Position numbers and translations under genes: made by a program. A stretch of DNA of 62,907 nt, the filler included, from Chiloscyllium plagiosum (lineage: Eukaryota), in NCBI RefSeq assembly GCF_004010195.1. It is 3 parts of one record of this genome, joined end to end, with 100 filler letters (N's around TTAATTAATTAA, not from the genome) between each part and the next. Parts side by side here need not be neighbours in the genome. Positions count along the whole stretch, not along the records: positions 1 to 23,799 come from NC_057712.1; positions 23,900 to 48,753 come from NC_057712.1; 1 more part is not named here. One strand, 5' to 3'. The notes under the pieces were generated by a model. The model saw only the letters and a program-made list of their open reading frames with translations. It did not search any database and was not told where the DNA came from. Positions 13,082 through 26,800 of the stretch are shown here, piece by piece (within the stretch, counting starts at the first letter, position 1; the number at the start of each line of letters is the position of its first letter).

Positions 13082-14144
13082 AGTACAAAAAAACCCTCTT
13101 CTGTTCATTCCCAGAATGCACCTCTGTAATTATCTAAGTCTCAGTGGCAGCACAAACACTCAAGATAATTTACAGAACAGTAATTCTACTCCAAGATGAA
13201 ACTTGAGACCTAATTCAGATGAACAACTCTGTCGTGGATATCTCAAAGTAAGCTTACATTGATCAATAACATTGGCAATCCATCAATAGTACTGAAGAGA
13301 TGTATCCCAGGGAACAGACTGCTGGCCAGAGGTGAAGTGCCTGGTAACTGGAGGAGAGCTAATGTAGTTTCTTTGTTCAAGAAGGGCAGCAGGGATAGGC
13401 CAGGTAATTACAGACCAGTTAGTCTGACTTGAATACTAGGGAAATTAGAACATAGAACATAGAACTTCAGGTGGAGAAGTCAATGTTTCCGGTGTAACCC
13501 TTCTTCAGGACTCAGGACTTCCTCCGGTGACTTCTCCACTTCCTGATGCTGCCTGGCTTGCTGTGTCCTTCCAGCCTCCTGCCTGTCTAACACTGATCCA
13601 TGCTTTGGAGGAATCTCGAAATGAGGATGAGAATTTAGATGGTGAGGCATCGCCAAATCAGAAGGCAATATATGTCAGTGAGCACAGGGACACAGGCTGA
13701 AGAGGAATCAGAGCAAATTACCTCTTCAGCAGCAGAGCTTTAGCTTAGTGTAGGGTGGGAAGATGGGAGTATATTGGAATAGTTAAGTCTAGGGATGGCC
13801 AAGCAATAAGTGAGGGTTTCATCAATGGATAAACTAAGGCAGGAGTGCGGCAGGATGATGTTACGAAGGTGTTATTGGAGGCCAATGTGTGCATTGGAAA
13901 TGCAGGAATGGAATAAAACCAGATTAAATGGGAATCTATTCATGTCATCAACTTGCTTGGTCACAAAAACTTGCATTTGAAAGGTATCAGCAAGTTGTTG
14001 GCTGATGTTCTGCTGCTTGAAAAAGCTATTACTTCACTCAAAATAACTGGACCTGTATTGTTCTTTTCTTAACTTTGTCTCGATTCCACAAACAGTATCG
14101 ATTCCACAAAGTGAGAGCATATCAGCAAATGCAAGATAACTTAC

Positions 14145-14264
14145 TGAAGCAGAAATGTTGTATGCGTAAAGTTCAGGAATGGCAAAAAACAGATGTGTGT
14201 CTCTAACCTCCATGATTGCAACACTTATATACAATAATGCTGCAAAAAAGTGGTAGACGACATC
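14145..14264 (-). CDS. MAL: MAL-like gene A, exon 3
   Basis: ttccag acceptor and gtaagt donor, 120 bp, phase 0/0. Translates to DVVYHFFAALLYISVAIMEVRDTHLFFAIPELYAYNISAS (human DAAYHCTAALFYLSASVLEA...ENIAAV). Confidence 0.92.
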
Positions 14265-14669
14265 CTGGAAGAGAAAACACAGATTCAGAAACTAATTCAC
14301 ATCATCATTCCCAAACGATTTGCCTGGCAAATGCACAGACTAAGTGCCAGTAGGAATGTTTCAGCCAGGCTTGCTGCTCACTTTCATCATTGTAAAAGTA
14401 TACGTTATTCATAAATAAATCAATACAAAGATCCAAAACACTACAGTGTGACATTGCAGAAAATACAAGGGATTTTGACATTCCTCATTCAAGCTTCAAT
14501 CCAGTTCAATAAAAAAGCCATGAGTTAGGGAGGCAAAGGGAGTAATGATCAGGTACAGGGAGTAATGATCCTCAGGCATAGAGAGTAATCATCCTCTGGT
14601 ACACAGTAAGACTGACCACAACACTGTCCTTGTGGAGACAAAGTCCCACCTTCACATTGAGAATAACCT

Positions 14670-14849
14670 TGATGCGATTTTAGAGATGATTTTTAGCTCA
14701 GGTTATGGATAAGGTTGTAAGTTTGCTCACTGAGCTGGTAGAGTTGTTCTCAGATGTTTAGTCAAGTGCTAGGTAACATCATCAGTGAGCCATCGGTGAA
14801 GCATCATCAGAGAACAAAGCTACCAGCTCAGTGAGCAAACTTACATCAT
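14670..14849. mobile_element. Short fold-back Penelope-type insertion with a degenerate hammerhead core
   Basis: TSD aataacct at 14662-14669 and 14850-14857. Inverted arms at ~14716-14756 and ~14805-14845. The minus strand reads cuca-CUGAUGA...uAAAC-AUC-ugag. Confidence 0.65.
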
Positions 14850-16497
14850 AATAACCTCCATTGTGTTGTGTGGCACTATCACTGTGTTAAATGGGACAGA
14901 CTTCGAACAGGTCTAGCAACTGAAGACTAAGCATCCATGTGGCACTGTGGGCCATCAACAGCAGCAGAATTGTACCCCAGCGCAATCTGTAACCTCATAG
15001 CCCAGTAAAGCTCCTACTCAACCATTACCGTAAGGCCAGGGGATCAACCCTGGTTCAATGGAGAGTGCAGAAGGGCATGCCAGGAGCAGCACCAGGCACA
15101 CCTGAGAATGAGGTGTCAACCTGATGAAGCTACCAAACAGGACTACTTCCATACCAAGCAGCATAAGCAGCAAGTGGTAGACAGAGCTACACGAGCCCAT
15201 GACCAATGGATCAGGTCTAAGCTCTGCAGTCCTGCCACATCCAGTTGTGAATGGTGGTGGACAATTAAACAACTCAATGGAGGAGGAGGCTCTCTTCCAA
15301 AATCCTCATTCTCAATGATGGAAGAGCTCAGTACACCTTTGGAAAAGATGAGGCTGAAGCATTCGCAGAAATCTTCAGCCAGAAGTGAATGATCCATCTC
15401 GGCCTCCTCCAGTGGTCCCCAGCAGCACAGCAACCAGTCTTCAGCCAATTCGATTCACTCCATGTGATATCAGGAAATGACTGGAGGCACTGGATACTGC
15501 AAAGGCAATGGACCCTGTTAACATTCCGGCAATAGTACTGAAGACATGTGTTCCAGAACCTGCCGCTCCCCGAGCCAAGCTGTTCCAGTACAGTTCCAAC
15601 ATTGGCATCTACCCGGCAATGTGGAAAATTAACCAGGTATGCCTATACATAAAAAGCAGGATAAATCCAACCCGACCAATTACTGCTCCATCAGCCTGCT
15701 CTCGATCATCAGTAAAGTGATGGAGGGTGTCATTAACAGCGCTATCAAGCAGCACCTGCTCAGCAATAACCTGCTCAGTGATGCCCAGTTTGGGTCCCAC
15801 CAGGGCCACTCAGCTCCTGACCTCATTACAGCCTTAGTTCAAACATGGACAAAAGAGCTGAATTCCAGAGGGCAGGTGAGAGTGACAGCCCTGAACATCA
15901 AGGCTGTATTCGACCGAGTGTGATATCACGGAGCCCTGGTAAAACTAGAATCAACGGGTATCAGGAGACAAACTCTTCACTGGTTAGAGTCATACTTGAT
16001 ACATAGGAAGGTGGTCATGGTTACTATATGTCAGTCATCTCAGCTACAGGAAATCTCTGTAGGAGTTCCTCAGGGGAGTGTCCTAGGCCCAACCATCTTC
16101 ATCTGCGTCATCAATGACCTTCCCTCCATCATAAGGTCCAAAGTGGGGATGTTTGCCGATGATTGTTCAATGCTTAACACCATCCGCCACTCCTCAGATA
16201 ATAATGCAGTCAGCATTGAAATCCAACAAGATCTAGACTATATCCAGGCTTGGGCTGACAAGTCACAAGTGACATTCGCACTGCACAAGTGCCAGACAAT
16301 GACTATCACCAATAAGAGACAACCTATCTGCTGCCCCTGGACATTCAACAGTATTATCATCACTGAATTCCCTACTATCAACACCCTAGGTGCTACCATT
16401 ACCCAGAAACTCAACTGAAAATTCACCACATACACACAATGGCTAAAAGGGTAGGTCACAGGCTAGGAATGCTGCAATGATTAACTCTCCTCCTGAT

Positions 16498-16590
16498 TCC
16501 TGATGAAGGGCTTATGCTCAAAATGTTGATTCTCCTGCTCCTCAAATGCTGCCTGACTGGCTATGCTTTTCCAGCACCACACTCTCGAAC
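16498..16590 (+). mobile_element. Mini Penelope pLTR insertion starting at the hammerhead core
   Basis: Begins tcctgatgaagggcttatgc. TSD ctcctcctgat at 16487-16497 and 16591-16601. Confidence 0.75.
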
Positions 16591-17329
16591 CTCCTCCTGA
16601 TGTGGCAAAGCCTGTCCACCATCTACAAGGCACAAGTCAGGAGTGTGATGGAATAATTCCCACTTGCCTGGATGAATGTTGATCCAACAACACTCAACAA
16701 GTTTGACACCATCCAGGACAATGCAGCCAACTTAATTGCCACCATATCCACAAGCACCCACTCTCCACTACTGACACTCAGTAATAGCAGTGTGTACTAT
16801 CTACAAGATGCACTGCAGAAATTCACCAAAGATCCTCAGACATTACCTTCCAAACCCATGACCACTTCCATGTAGACGGCCAAGGGCAGAAGATGTATGG
16901 GAACACCACCACCTTCAAATTCCCCTTCAAGCCACTCACATCCTGACTTGGAAATATATCATCATTCCTTCACTGTCACTGGGTCAAAATGCTGGAATTT
17001 CCTCCTCTAAGGCTCCTACAACTGTATACGATTCTCTAGCTAATGTCTACCAGGTGCCTTGTACTCCAACCTCACCAACTGGTCAAAGACCTTTTGGAGT
17101 TTGACAATGTCCTCTTCACAGTTTACAACTTTTCAAATTTTAATGCCATCTGCAATCTTTGTCAATTATCTGACCAATTGAAGATTTTGTTACCTTAATT
17201 TTATATATGCCTTTTAGTTCATCATTTTCTTTTTGCCAAACATTTTCTTTAAGAAGTTTACTCATATGTTAAACTATACAAAAGCATGTAGTTATTTAGG
17301 CTGAAATATCTCGAAGACTATGTTTATAG

Positions 17330-18192
17330 TGTTATGATCCAGCTAATAGTACTACTGGACCAGAGTGAACACTGGCTTAATAGATCATTTGTTGATTTTG
17401 TGTTTTAGTTAATTTGGTGATCACTTACCTAAACATAATCGCAGAAGACTGCAGAGTTTGTTTGATAAAAGATTAAAAACTTATTGCACATGAGAAAGTA
17501 TAAAATAAAACCAAACTATTTAAAAATAGAGACTATTATGAAAGAGCTCAAAACATAGTATAAAATAAAGCTGTGTCCTGTTTCCCAACACCATCCATTA
17601 CAGAGACTCAAATCCATAGAAATAACCTTTCTAGATCACATCTTTAAGTTTGAGTAAACTGACACTTCACAGTTCCTTTCTTGTGAACTGTGAAGTCTTC
17701 TTCGATAAATATTCACTAAACTGAGAGATTAGATTTTCTCAGCTTTTGATAACCAGTAGATTTCTAACCAGGCATTCCTGATTTGGAATCAAACTAAACT
17801 TTCTTACTCTGATAACTTTGTATTCCCTCAACTGTCCCATACTTCTTTTTAACCACATTCAAGTCTCTTTCAAACTACTCTAAAGGCTTATTGTCTCTGG
17901 GATTCTTAAATTAAATGAATCCTTGTTTATTCTGAATGCATAACAATCAACTGGTCTTCAATGCTTATTCTAACTATTGAAAGCCATCATAGTAAAAACC
18001 ATTTTCCCACATTAACTCTCCAGGAGTCACTGTCCTCTGGCACTGGATTAAGTCACTGTTCCAGAACGACTGCCTAATCTAGCTATTTTTTAAAGCCCCT
18101 CAGAAATGTAATTAATCCATATGCCACTATTTTAAAATCCATGCTCTAAAAGTCCTATGAAAATATATATAAATCAGACACGTTTCATGATG
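17330..18192. mobile_element. Possible degenerate solo LTR
   Basis: Starts tgttatga like the LTRs at 47487 and 56554, and ends with tcatgatg (a possibly decayed tcataaca). The flanks atag/ctag match at only 3 of 4 positions. Confidence 0.3.
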
Positions 18193-18364
18193 CTAGACAA
18201 GTTATTTTGATTTATGTTAAACTGGAAATGAAAATTTGATAGCAGAAATTTATAACAGTGATCAGCTCCATGGTATCTATGCTATAACTCTGAAAACGTA
18301 AACCTTAAAGGGATATATTCCCGCACTTTGTTGAAATCTTCAGCTGATTTATCTTTCAAATGAA

Positions 18365-18445
18365 TTCTCTGGTCATTATCACACTGCTGTTATCACAGAA
18401 CTTGCTGTGCACAAATTGGCTACTGTGTTTTATACATTACAGCAA
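18365..18445 (+). mobile_element. DeuSINE Deu-domain fragment in intron 2 of gene A
   Basis: tctggtcattatcacactgctgtt...cttgctgtgcacaaattggct...tacattaca matches the recalled Deu-domain consensus. Confidence 0.6.
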
Positions 18446-18694
18446 CGCCAGACCAGGATTCTGGGGTTAAAGGTTTGTTTTACATTGTGAGCATCACCTT
18501 CTGACTCTGCTACCCACTTGCCTACCTTCCACCACCCTGCCTCACCAAAAATGTTGGGAGATAAATTCCACCCCATTCGATCTCAATTTTGCGAAATGCT
18601 GTAAAATTGCTAATAGTGCACCCACAGTAGGGCATTAAGAGAAAATAAACTGCATTTTCTGTTGTGTAATGCAAAAAGCCTTAAACAAACTTAC

Positions 18695-18862
18695 CACTGC
18701 AGTCCATGAGGATGAACAGCCCTGAACTCCACACATGTAGAACATGAAAAGACAAGTAGTTATAACAAAGCAGAAGACTGAAACAAACATCAACCAGCCT
18801 TGAAAACGTGGATCTGGAATTTTGGAAGAGGCCACAAGGATCCAAACTAGGCCACCAAAAAT
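18695..18862 (-). CDS. MAL: MAL-like gene A, exon 2
   Basis: ttttag acceptor and gtaagt donor, 168 bp, phase 0/0. Translates to IFGGLVWILVASSKIPDPRFQGWLMFVSVFCFVITTCLFMFYMCGVQGCSSSWTAV, which includes the MAL-family QGWxMFVSV signature. Confidence 0.95.
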
Positions 18863-20139
18863 CTAAAACAGACATGTGCAACAAAAATTTAGATACGAAT
18901 CTCCTACTCAGTCTCACAGAAAGACTTTTTCTGCTTTTTCTTACTGCCAGTAATCAATATATTTGCATGTAAGTAGTGTATGTTTTTCTCTCTAAGTGTG
19001 CGGAGCAATTAAATAATTCCAATAGTGAGTTTAAAAAAAAGACTACTATTATCACAAATACACCTTGAATGCTTATTGTGTCACTCAATTGTCTCACACA
19101 CTACCGTGTGCACAAAAAGTAGTTATAGATGCTAATACAGAAATACAATCACAACTTATGATTATCTCAGTCTCTTTAGTGGTGGATCTATAGTTCCTTA
19201 GAGGGGTTGATTAAAATCTTGTAAAACAGAGAATTTTCTGCATGTTGTCAAGTTTCCAGAAGGTTAATTCTCAAGTAAAATTGAAGTTGGAACAGATTGA
19301 AGAAAGCGGAGTCCTTCTCACATTTGAAGGTGTGACTGTTTATTATTTTGACTGCTTAAGTTACTTATAGCTAGCTCAATACCATTCTTATTCTTGAATA
19401 GTCCATACCATCTTATTTTCGGTATGTTGGATTGTGGACTGAAATGCAAAAAAAGAGACTGTATAAAACCAAGGAGTGCAGAGGAGTTGCTGCATTTTTT
19501 AAACAAGATGCTGAAATTCATGGTGTATGAGTTAGATTTGGCCAGTGACAGGTAGCTGATTGGTTTACGCAACTGTGACAATTTGTGACTGTGAGAAGTT
19601 GCTGATTGGTTCCTGGTAGCTGAACAGTTTGTCCCGGCAAGCCAGTAGGATCACCTCTGTGAACCATGGGGATTGGTGCTTTTAAACTAGGATTCTCAGT
19701 GCGTTTTTCCTTCACCTTTAAACACGATGTTATCTTTGTTTGTCTGTGTCTGCCTCTCTCTGTGGAGGGGTTTGGAAATAGGGTTCGAGCTTTAACCAGA
19801 AGAGCATACGTTAATAACTTAGATTTGTTTACTTATTTGCAATGAACAGTGTTTCTTGTTAAGTACAAGAACCTGGTCAGTATTATCTGTTAATTTGATT
19901 CCATAGGAGAGGTAATGTGGGAACTTGGATCATGTATTTTGTGCATTCTGTTCTGTAGTTATAACAAATACGACAAACTTCAAATGCTCAAGTAGACTTT
20001 CCTCCCAGCAGAATAATTGATCAGTACTTTTAGAAATAGGTAGCTTCCAATGTGAAAAATTAGGTATTCTGTTGCTATGGTTGCTAACGTCACAAAGAAA
20101 CAAACAGCATTTTTCCATTGTCACTCCTCCAGCTGAGTT

Positions 20140-21490
20140 TACACAGACTCTGGATCTGAGAGGTTATTTACCTTTAGTCCTATTAGTTTGTCAAATGTCG
20201 AGACTGTTACCCTCCCATTAACACCTTGCTAAGCTTCGATGTTTACAGTGTACTCCACCATGAAGACTGATACAAAAGATGAATTACCTGCCCTTTCCCT
20301 GCTCCCTGTTATTAAACCCACGTTACATCCTCCAAGGGTCCCACACTTACCTTAGCTGTTTGCTTTCCAGAAAACCATAAGACATTGAAACAAAATCAGG
20401 CCATTCGGCTCACTGAGGCTGCTCCACCTCTCGATCATGGCTGGTACTTTCCTCAACCCCATTCTCCTGCCTTCTCCCCATAACCCTTGGACCCCGAACT
20501 AAGTCCTCGAAGGCTTAGCCCTTTTAAGACACACCTCCTTTTTCTTTTCGCCTCTCCTTCTGGAATGTTCAATACCCTTCAGTATTGGGTTCCCACTCTT
20601 CCCACCTGACAATCATACCTCCAAAACAGCTATGAAATCATATTCATTTATTTCCACTTGCACCATCAATTTGCCACAAATGCTGCATGCATTCAGATAA
20701 AGAGCCATCGGCTTTGACTTTCTATCATTTTGAGTCTCCTTTTCAAGCCTGATCTACAATCCTATTTACACAATTTATCGGGACGGTGTTCTCGATATTG
20801 TTCAACTGAAGGCCATCCCAACAGACCAGTGCTCTCTTTCCTCAAGTACTGGTGTACCTGCCCTGTGAATAGGAACCCTTTTACTCCCACTCCAATTATT
20901 CAGCCACACATTTGCTTCTCTAATCTTATTTACCCCAAGGCAACTTGCATGTGACTCAGGTAGGAAGCCAAAGGTTATTACTTTTGTGGTTGTATTTGCT
21001 AATTTAATCCGGAGCTGTTCGTAATTGTTAATTTTTAATTATTTCGTCATGTTTTTTACCCGGAGGTTGATCGGTGCTTGGAACGTGCTGCTAGGGGAGG
21101 TGGCAGAAGCAGGTATGATAACAACATTCAAGAGACATTTAGAGTGACACGTGAACAGGCGGCATGGACCATGATGGTGATGGGTCATGTGCAGGCAGAT
21201 GGCATGAGTATACAATGGCACCATGGTCAGCACAGACATGGTGGAACAAAGGGCCTGTTCTGGTGCTGTAATGTTCCATGTTCTATATACTCTCAAAGCA
21301 GGCCCTCCTTCCTGCTCCTATGTATGACCTTGGTACCATTGTGGACCACGACAATGAGATTCTTCTCCTTCCATTCAAACTACCCCTCCAGTCCAGATGA
21401 GATGTCCTGAACTGTGGCACCAGGTAGACAACAGAAGATTCAGGTCTCTCCGCCTTTGCTGCAGAGGACCACATCTATTCCTCAAAGTAT
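20140..21490. mobile_element. Mosaic of old CR1 fragments (mostly - strand, with a + strand 3' end at ~21030-21290)
   Basis: Similar to CR1 segments elsewhere in the window. For example, 21380-21430 resembles the ORF1 stretch at ~61030, and 21050-21285 ends in tgttccatgttctat. Confidence 0.6.
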
Positions 21491-23843
21491 GCTACGCTTT
21501 GGGGGAATGGAGGACCACTGTCCTGGGGAATGGGGGAACACTGTCCTGGGGAATGGGGGAACATTGCCCGGGGGAATGGAGGAACACATTCCTGGGAAAT
21601 GGAGGAACAATGTCCTGGGGAATGGGGGAACATTCTCCTGGGGAATGGGGGAACATTGCCCTGGGGAATGGGGAACACTGTCCTGGGGAATGGGGGAACA
21701 TTGTCATGGGGAATGGAGGGACACTGCCCTGGAGAATGCGGGATCGCTGTCCTGGGGAATGGAGGAACACAGTCCCGGGGAATGGAGGAACACTGTCATG
21801 GGGAATGGAGGGACACTGCCCTGGGGAATGCGGGATCGCTGTCCTGGGGAATGAGGGAACACTGCCCTGGAGAATGGGGGAACATTTTCCTGGAGAATGG
21901 GGGAACATTGTCCTGGGGAATGGGGCAACACTGTCCTGGGGAATTGGGGAACACTGTCCGGGGGAATGGACGAACACTGTCCTGGGAAATGGAGGAACAA
22001 TGTCCTGGGGAATGGGGGAACATTCTCCTGGGGAATGGGGGAACATTATCCTGGGGAATGGGGCAACACTGTCCTGGGGAATGGGGGAACATTGTCCTGG
22101 GGAATGGGGCAACACTGTCCTAGGGAATGGGGGAACACTGTCCTGGGGAATGGGGGAACATTGTCCTGGGGAATGGAAGAACACTGTCATGGGGAATGGA
22201 GGGACACTGCCCTGGAGAATGCGGGATCGCTGTCCTGGGGAATGGGGGAACACTGCCCTGGAGAATGGAGGAACACTGTCATGGGGAATGGAGGGACACT
22301 GCCCTGGGGAATGCGGGATCGCTGTCCTGGGGAATGAGGGAACACTGCCCTGGAGAATGGGGGAACATTTTCCTGGAGAATGGGGGAACATTGTCCTGGG
22401 GAATGGGGCAACATTGTCCTGGGGAATGGGGGAACACTGTCCTGGGGAATGGAGGAACACTCTCCTGGGGAATGCGGGAAAACTGTCCTGGGGAATGGAG
22501 GAACACTCTCCTGGGGAATGCGGGAAAACTGTCCTGGGGAATGGAGGAACACTCTCCTGGGGAATGCGAGAAAACTGTCCTGGGGAATGGAGGAACACTC
22601 TCCTGGGGAATGCGGGAAAACTGTCCTGGGGAATGGAGGAACTCTCCTTGGGAAGGTGGGAACACTGTCCTGCGGAACGGAGGAACACTGTCCTCGGGAA
22701 CGGACGAACGCTGACCTGGGGAATGGACGAACACTCTCCTGGGGAATGCGGGAACACTGCCCTGGGGAATGGAAGAAAACTGCCGTAGGGAATGGAGGAA
22801 CACATTCCTTGGGAATGGGGGAACATTGTCCTGGGGACTGGGGCAACATTGTCCTGGGGAATGGGGGAACACTGTCCTGGTGAATAGGGGATCATTGCCC
22901 TGGGGAATGCGGGAACACTGCCCTGAGGAATGGGGGAACACTGTCCTGGGAAATGGAGGAACACTGTCCTGGGGAATGGGGGAACACTCTCCTGGGAATT
23001 GGGGAACACTGCCCTGGGGAATGGGGGATCACTGTCCTGGGAAATGGAGGAACACTGTCCTGGGGAATGGGGTAACACTGTCCCGGGGAATGGGGGAACA
23101 CTGTCCTGGGGAATGGGGGAACACTGTCCTGGGGAATGGAGGCATACTACATTGGGGAATGGCGGAATGCTGTCCTGGGGAATGGGGGAACACTGTCCTG
23201 GGAAATGGAGGAACGCGGTCCTGGGAATGGCGGAATATTACATTGGGGAATGCTGGAACGCCGTCCTGGGCAATGGGCGAGCACTGTCCCGGGGAATGGG
23301 GGAACACTGCCCTGGGGAATGTGGGAACACTGTCCTGGGGAATGGGGAAACACTGCCATGGAGAATGGAGGAATCCGGTCCTGGAGAAAGGGGGGAACAC
23401 TGTCCTGGGGAATGGTGGAATCATGTCCTGGGGAATGGGGGAATCATGTCCTGGGAAATGGAGGAACACTGCCCTGGGGAATGGGGCAACATTGTCCTGA
23501 GAATGGGGGAACACTGTCCTGGGGAATGGAGGAACATTGTCCAGGTGAATGGAGGAAAACTGTCCTGGGGAATGGAGGAACACTGTCCTGGGGAATGGGG
23601 GAACATTGTCCTGGGGAATGGGGGAGGTCTCTCCTGGGGAATGGGGAAACACTGTTCTGGGGAATGGGGGAACACTGTCCTGGGGAATGGAGGAACACTG
23701 TCACGGGGATTGCGGGAACGCTGTCCTGAAGAATGAAGGATCACATTCCTAGGGAATGGGGCAACACTGTCCTGGGGAATGGATGAACGCTGTCCTGGGN
23801 NNNNNNNNNNNNNNNNNNNNNNNNNNNNNNNNNNNNNNNNNNN

Positions 23844-23855
23844 TTAATTAATTAA
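23844..23855. other. Artificial scaffolding linker TTAATTAATTAA within a 100-bp gap
   Basis: 44 N + a six-frame-stop 12-mer + 44 N. An identical construct is at 48754-48853. Confidence 0.9.
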
Positions 23856-26800
23856 NNNNNNNNNNNNNNNNNNNNNNNNNNNNNNNNNNNNNNNNNNNNA
23901 ACATTGTCCTGGGGAATGGGGGAACACTGCCCTGGGGAATGGAGGAACACTGTCCTGGGGAATGGAGGAACATTGCCCTGGGAAATGGAGGAAGGTTGTC
24001 CTGGGGAATGGAGGAACACTGCCCTGGGGAATGTAGGAACACATTCCTGGGGAATGGGGGAACACTGTCCTGGGGAATGGAGGCATACTACATTGGGGAA
24101 TGGTGGAATGCTGTCCTGGGGAATGGGGGAACAATGCCCTGGGGAATGGAGGAACACTGTCCTGGGGAATGGGGGAACACGGTCCTAGGGAATGGAGGAA
24201 GATTGTGCTTGGGAATGGAGGAATACTACATTGGGGAAAGGAGGAACACTGTCCTGGGAAAGGGGGGAACACTCTCCTGGGGAATGTGGGAACACTGTCC
24301 TGGGGATTGGAGGAACACTGTACTGGGGAATGGAGGTTTACTATCCTGAGGAATGGGGGAACACAGTCCTGGGGAATGGGGAAAAACGGTCATGGGGAAT
24401 GGAGGAACATTGTCCTTGGGAATGGAGGAACACTGCCCAGCGGAATTGAGGAACACTACTGGGGAATGGGGGAACACTATCCTGGAGAATGGAGGAACAC
24501 TGTCCTGGGGAATGGAGGAACATTGCCCTGGGAAATGGAGGAAGGTTGTCCTGGGGAATGGAGGAACACTGTCCTGGGGAATGGGGGAACATTGCCCTGG
24601 GAAATGGAGGAAGGTTGTCCTGGGGAATGGAGGAACACTGCCCTGGGGAATGTAGGAACACATTCCTGGGGAATGGGGGAACACTGTCCTGGGGAATGCG
24701 GGAACACTGTCCTGGGGANNNNNNNNNNNNNNNNNNNNNNNNNNNNNNNNNNNNNNNNNNNNNNNNNNNNNNNNNNNNNNNNNNNNNNNNNNNNNNNNNN
24801 NNNNNNNNNNNNNNNNNNNNNNNNNNNNNNNNNNNNNNNNNNNNNNNNNNNNNNNNNNNNNNNNNNNNNNNNNNNNNNNNNNNNNNNNNNNNNNNNNNNN
24901 NNNNNNNNNNNNNNNNNNNNNNNNNNNNNNNNNNNNNNNNNNNNNNNNNNNNNNNNNNNNNNNNNNNNNNNNNNNNNNNNNNNNNNNNNNNNNNNNNNNN
25001 NNNNNNNNNNNNNNNNNNNNNNNNNNNNNNNNNNNNNNNNNNNNNNNNNNNNNNNNNNNNNNNNNNNNNNNNNNNNNNNNNNNNNNNNNNNNNNNNNNNN
25101 NNNNNNNNNNNNNNNNNNNNNNNNNNNNNNNNNNNNNNNNNNNNNNNNNNNNNNNNNNNNNNNNNNNNNNNNNNNNNNNNNNNNNNNNNNNNNNNNNNNN
25201 NNNNNNNNNNNNNNNNNNNNNNNNNNNNNNNNNNNNNNNNGGAACACTGTCCAGGTGAATGGGGGATCACTGTCCTGGGGATTGGAGGAAAATGGCCCTG
25301 GGGAATGGAAGTACACTGTCCTGAAGAATGGAGGATCACATTCCTCGGGAATGGGGAAACACTGCCCTGGGGAATGGAGGAACACTGCCCTGGGGAATGC
25401 GGGAACGCTGCCCTGGGGAATGGAGGAACACGGTCTTGGGGAATGGGGGAACACTATCCTGGAGAATGGAGGAACGTTGTCCTGTGGAAAGGAGGAACAC
25501 TGTCTTGGAGAATGGAGGAACACATTCCTGGGGAATGGAGGAACACATTCCGGGGGAATGGGGGAAAACTGTCCTGGTGAATAGGGGAACACTGCCGTGG
25601 GGAATGCGGGAACAGTGTCCTGGCGATTGGAAGAACACATTCCTTGGGAATGGGGGAAAACTGCCCTGGGGAATGGAGGAACACTATCCTGGGGAATGGG
25701 GAAACACTGCCCTGGGGAATGGGGGAACACTCTCCTGGGGAATTGGGGAACACTGCCCTGGGGAATGAGGGAACACTGTGCTGGGGAATGGGGGATCACT
25801 GCCCTGGGGAATGGAGGAACACTGCCCTGGGGAATGGAGGAACAATGTCCTGGGGATTGGAAGAACACATTCCTGGGGAATGGGGGAAAACTGCCCTGGG
25901 GAAAGGAGGAACACTATCCTGGGGAATGGGAAAACACTGCCCTGGGGAATGGGGGTTCACTGCTCTGGGGAATGGAGGAACACTGTCCCGGGGAATGCCG
26001 GAACACATTCCTGGGGAGTGGGGGAACACTGTCCTGGGGAATGGGGGAACAATGTACTGGGGAATGGAGGAACATTGTCCTGGTGAATGGAGGAACACTG
26101 TCCTGGGGAATGGGGGATCCCTGTCCTGGGGATTGGAGGAAAATGGCCCTGGGGAATGGAGGAAAAGGGCCCAGGGGAATGGAAGTACACTGTCCTGAAG
26201 AATGGAGGATCACATTCCTCGGGAATGGGGAAACACTGCCCTGGGGAATGGAGGGACACTGCCCTGGGGAATGCGGGAACGCTGCCCTGGGGAATTGAGG
26301 AACACGGTCTTGGGGAATGGGGGAACACTATCCTGGAGAATGGAGGAACATTGTCCTGTGGAAGGGAGGAACACATTCCGGGGGAATGGGGGAAAACTGT
26401 CCTGGGGAATGGGGGAACTCTGCCCTGGGGAATGGAGGGAAACTGTCCTGGGGAATGGGGGAACACTGTCCTGGGAAATGGGGAAACACTGCCCTGGGGA
26501 ATGGGGGAACACTGCCCTGGGGAATGGGGGAACACTGTCCTGGGGAATGGGGGAACACTGCCCTGGGGAATGGAGGAACACTGTCCTGGGGAATGGAGAG
26601 AAACTGCCCTGGGGAATGGGGGAACTCTGCCCTGGGGAATGGAGGGAAACTGCCCTGGGGAATGGGGGAACACTGTCCTGGGGAATGGGGGAGCACTGTC
26701 CTGGGGAATGGAGGAACACTGCCCCGGGGAATGGGGGAACTCTGCCCTGGGGAATGGAGTAACACATTCCTGGGGAATGGAGGAACACATTCCTGGGAAG

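Larger units (their letters stand above)
14585..17005 (+). mobile_element. CR1/L2-group LINE ('family B') ORF2 remnant with two small Penelope insertions
   Basis: PWFN, NYCSISLLSIISKVMEG, QFG, KAVFDRV, GVPQGSVLGPTIF and FADDC motifs spread across frameshifted ORFs. Confidence 0.85.

Noticed and set aside
14530..14605. Short ~20-bp degenerate tandem repeat (agggagtaatgatc)
   Set aside because: Only 2-3 copies at a LINE boundary, consistent with ordinary slippage.
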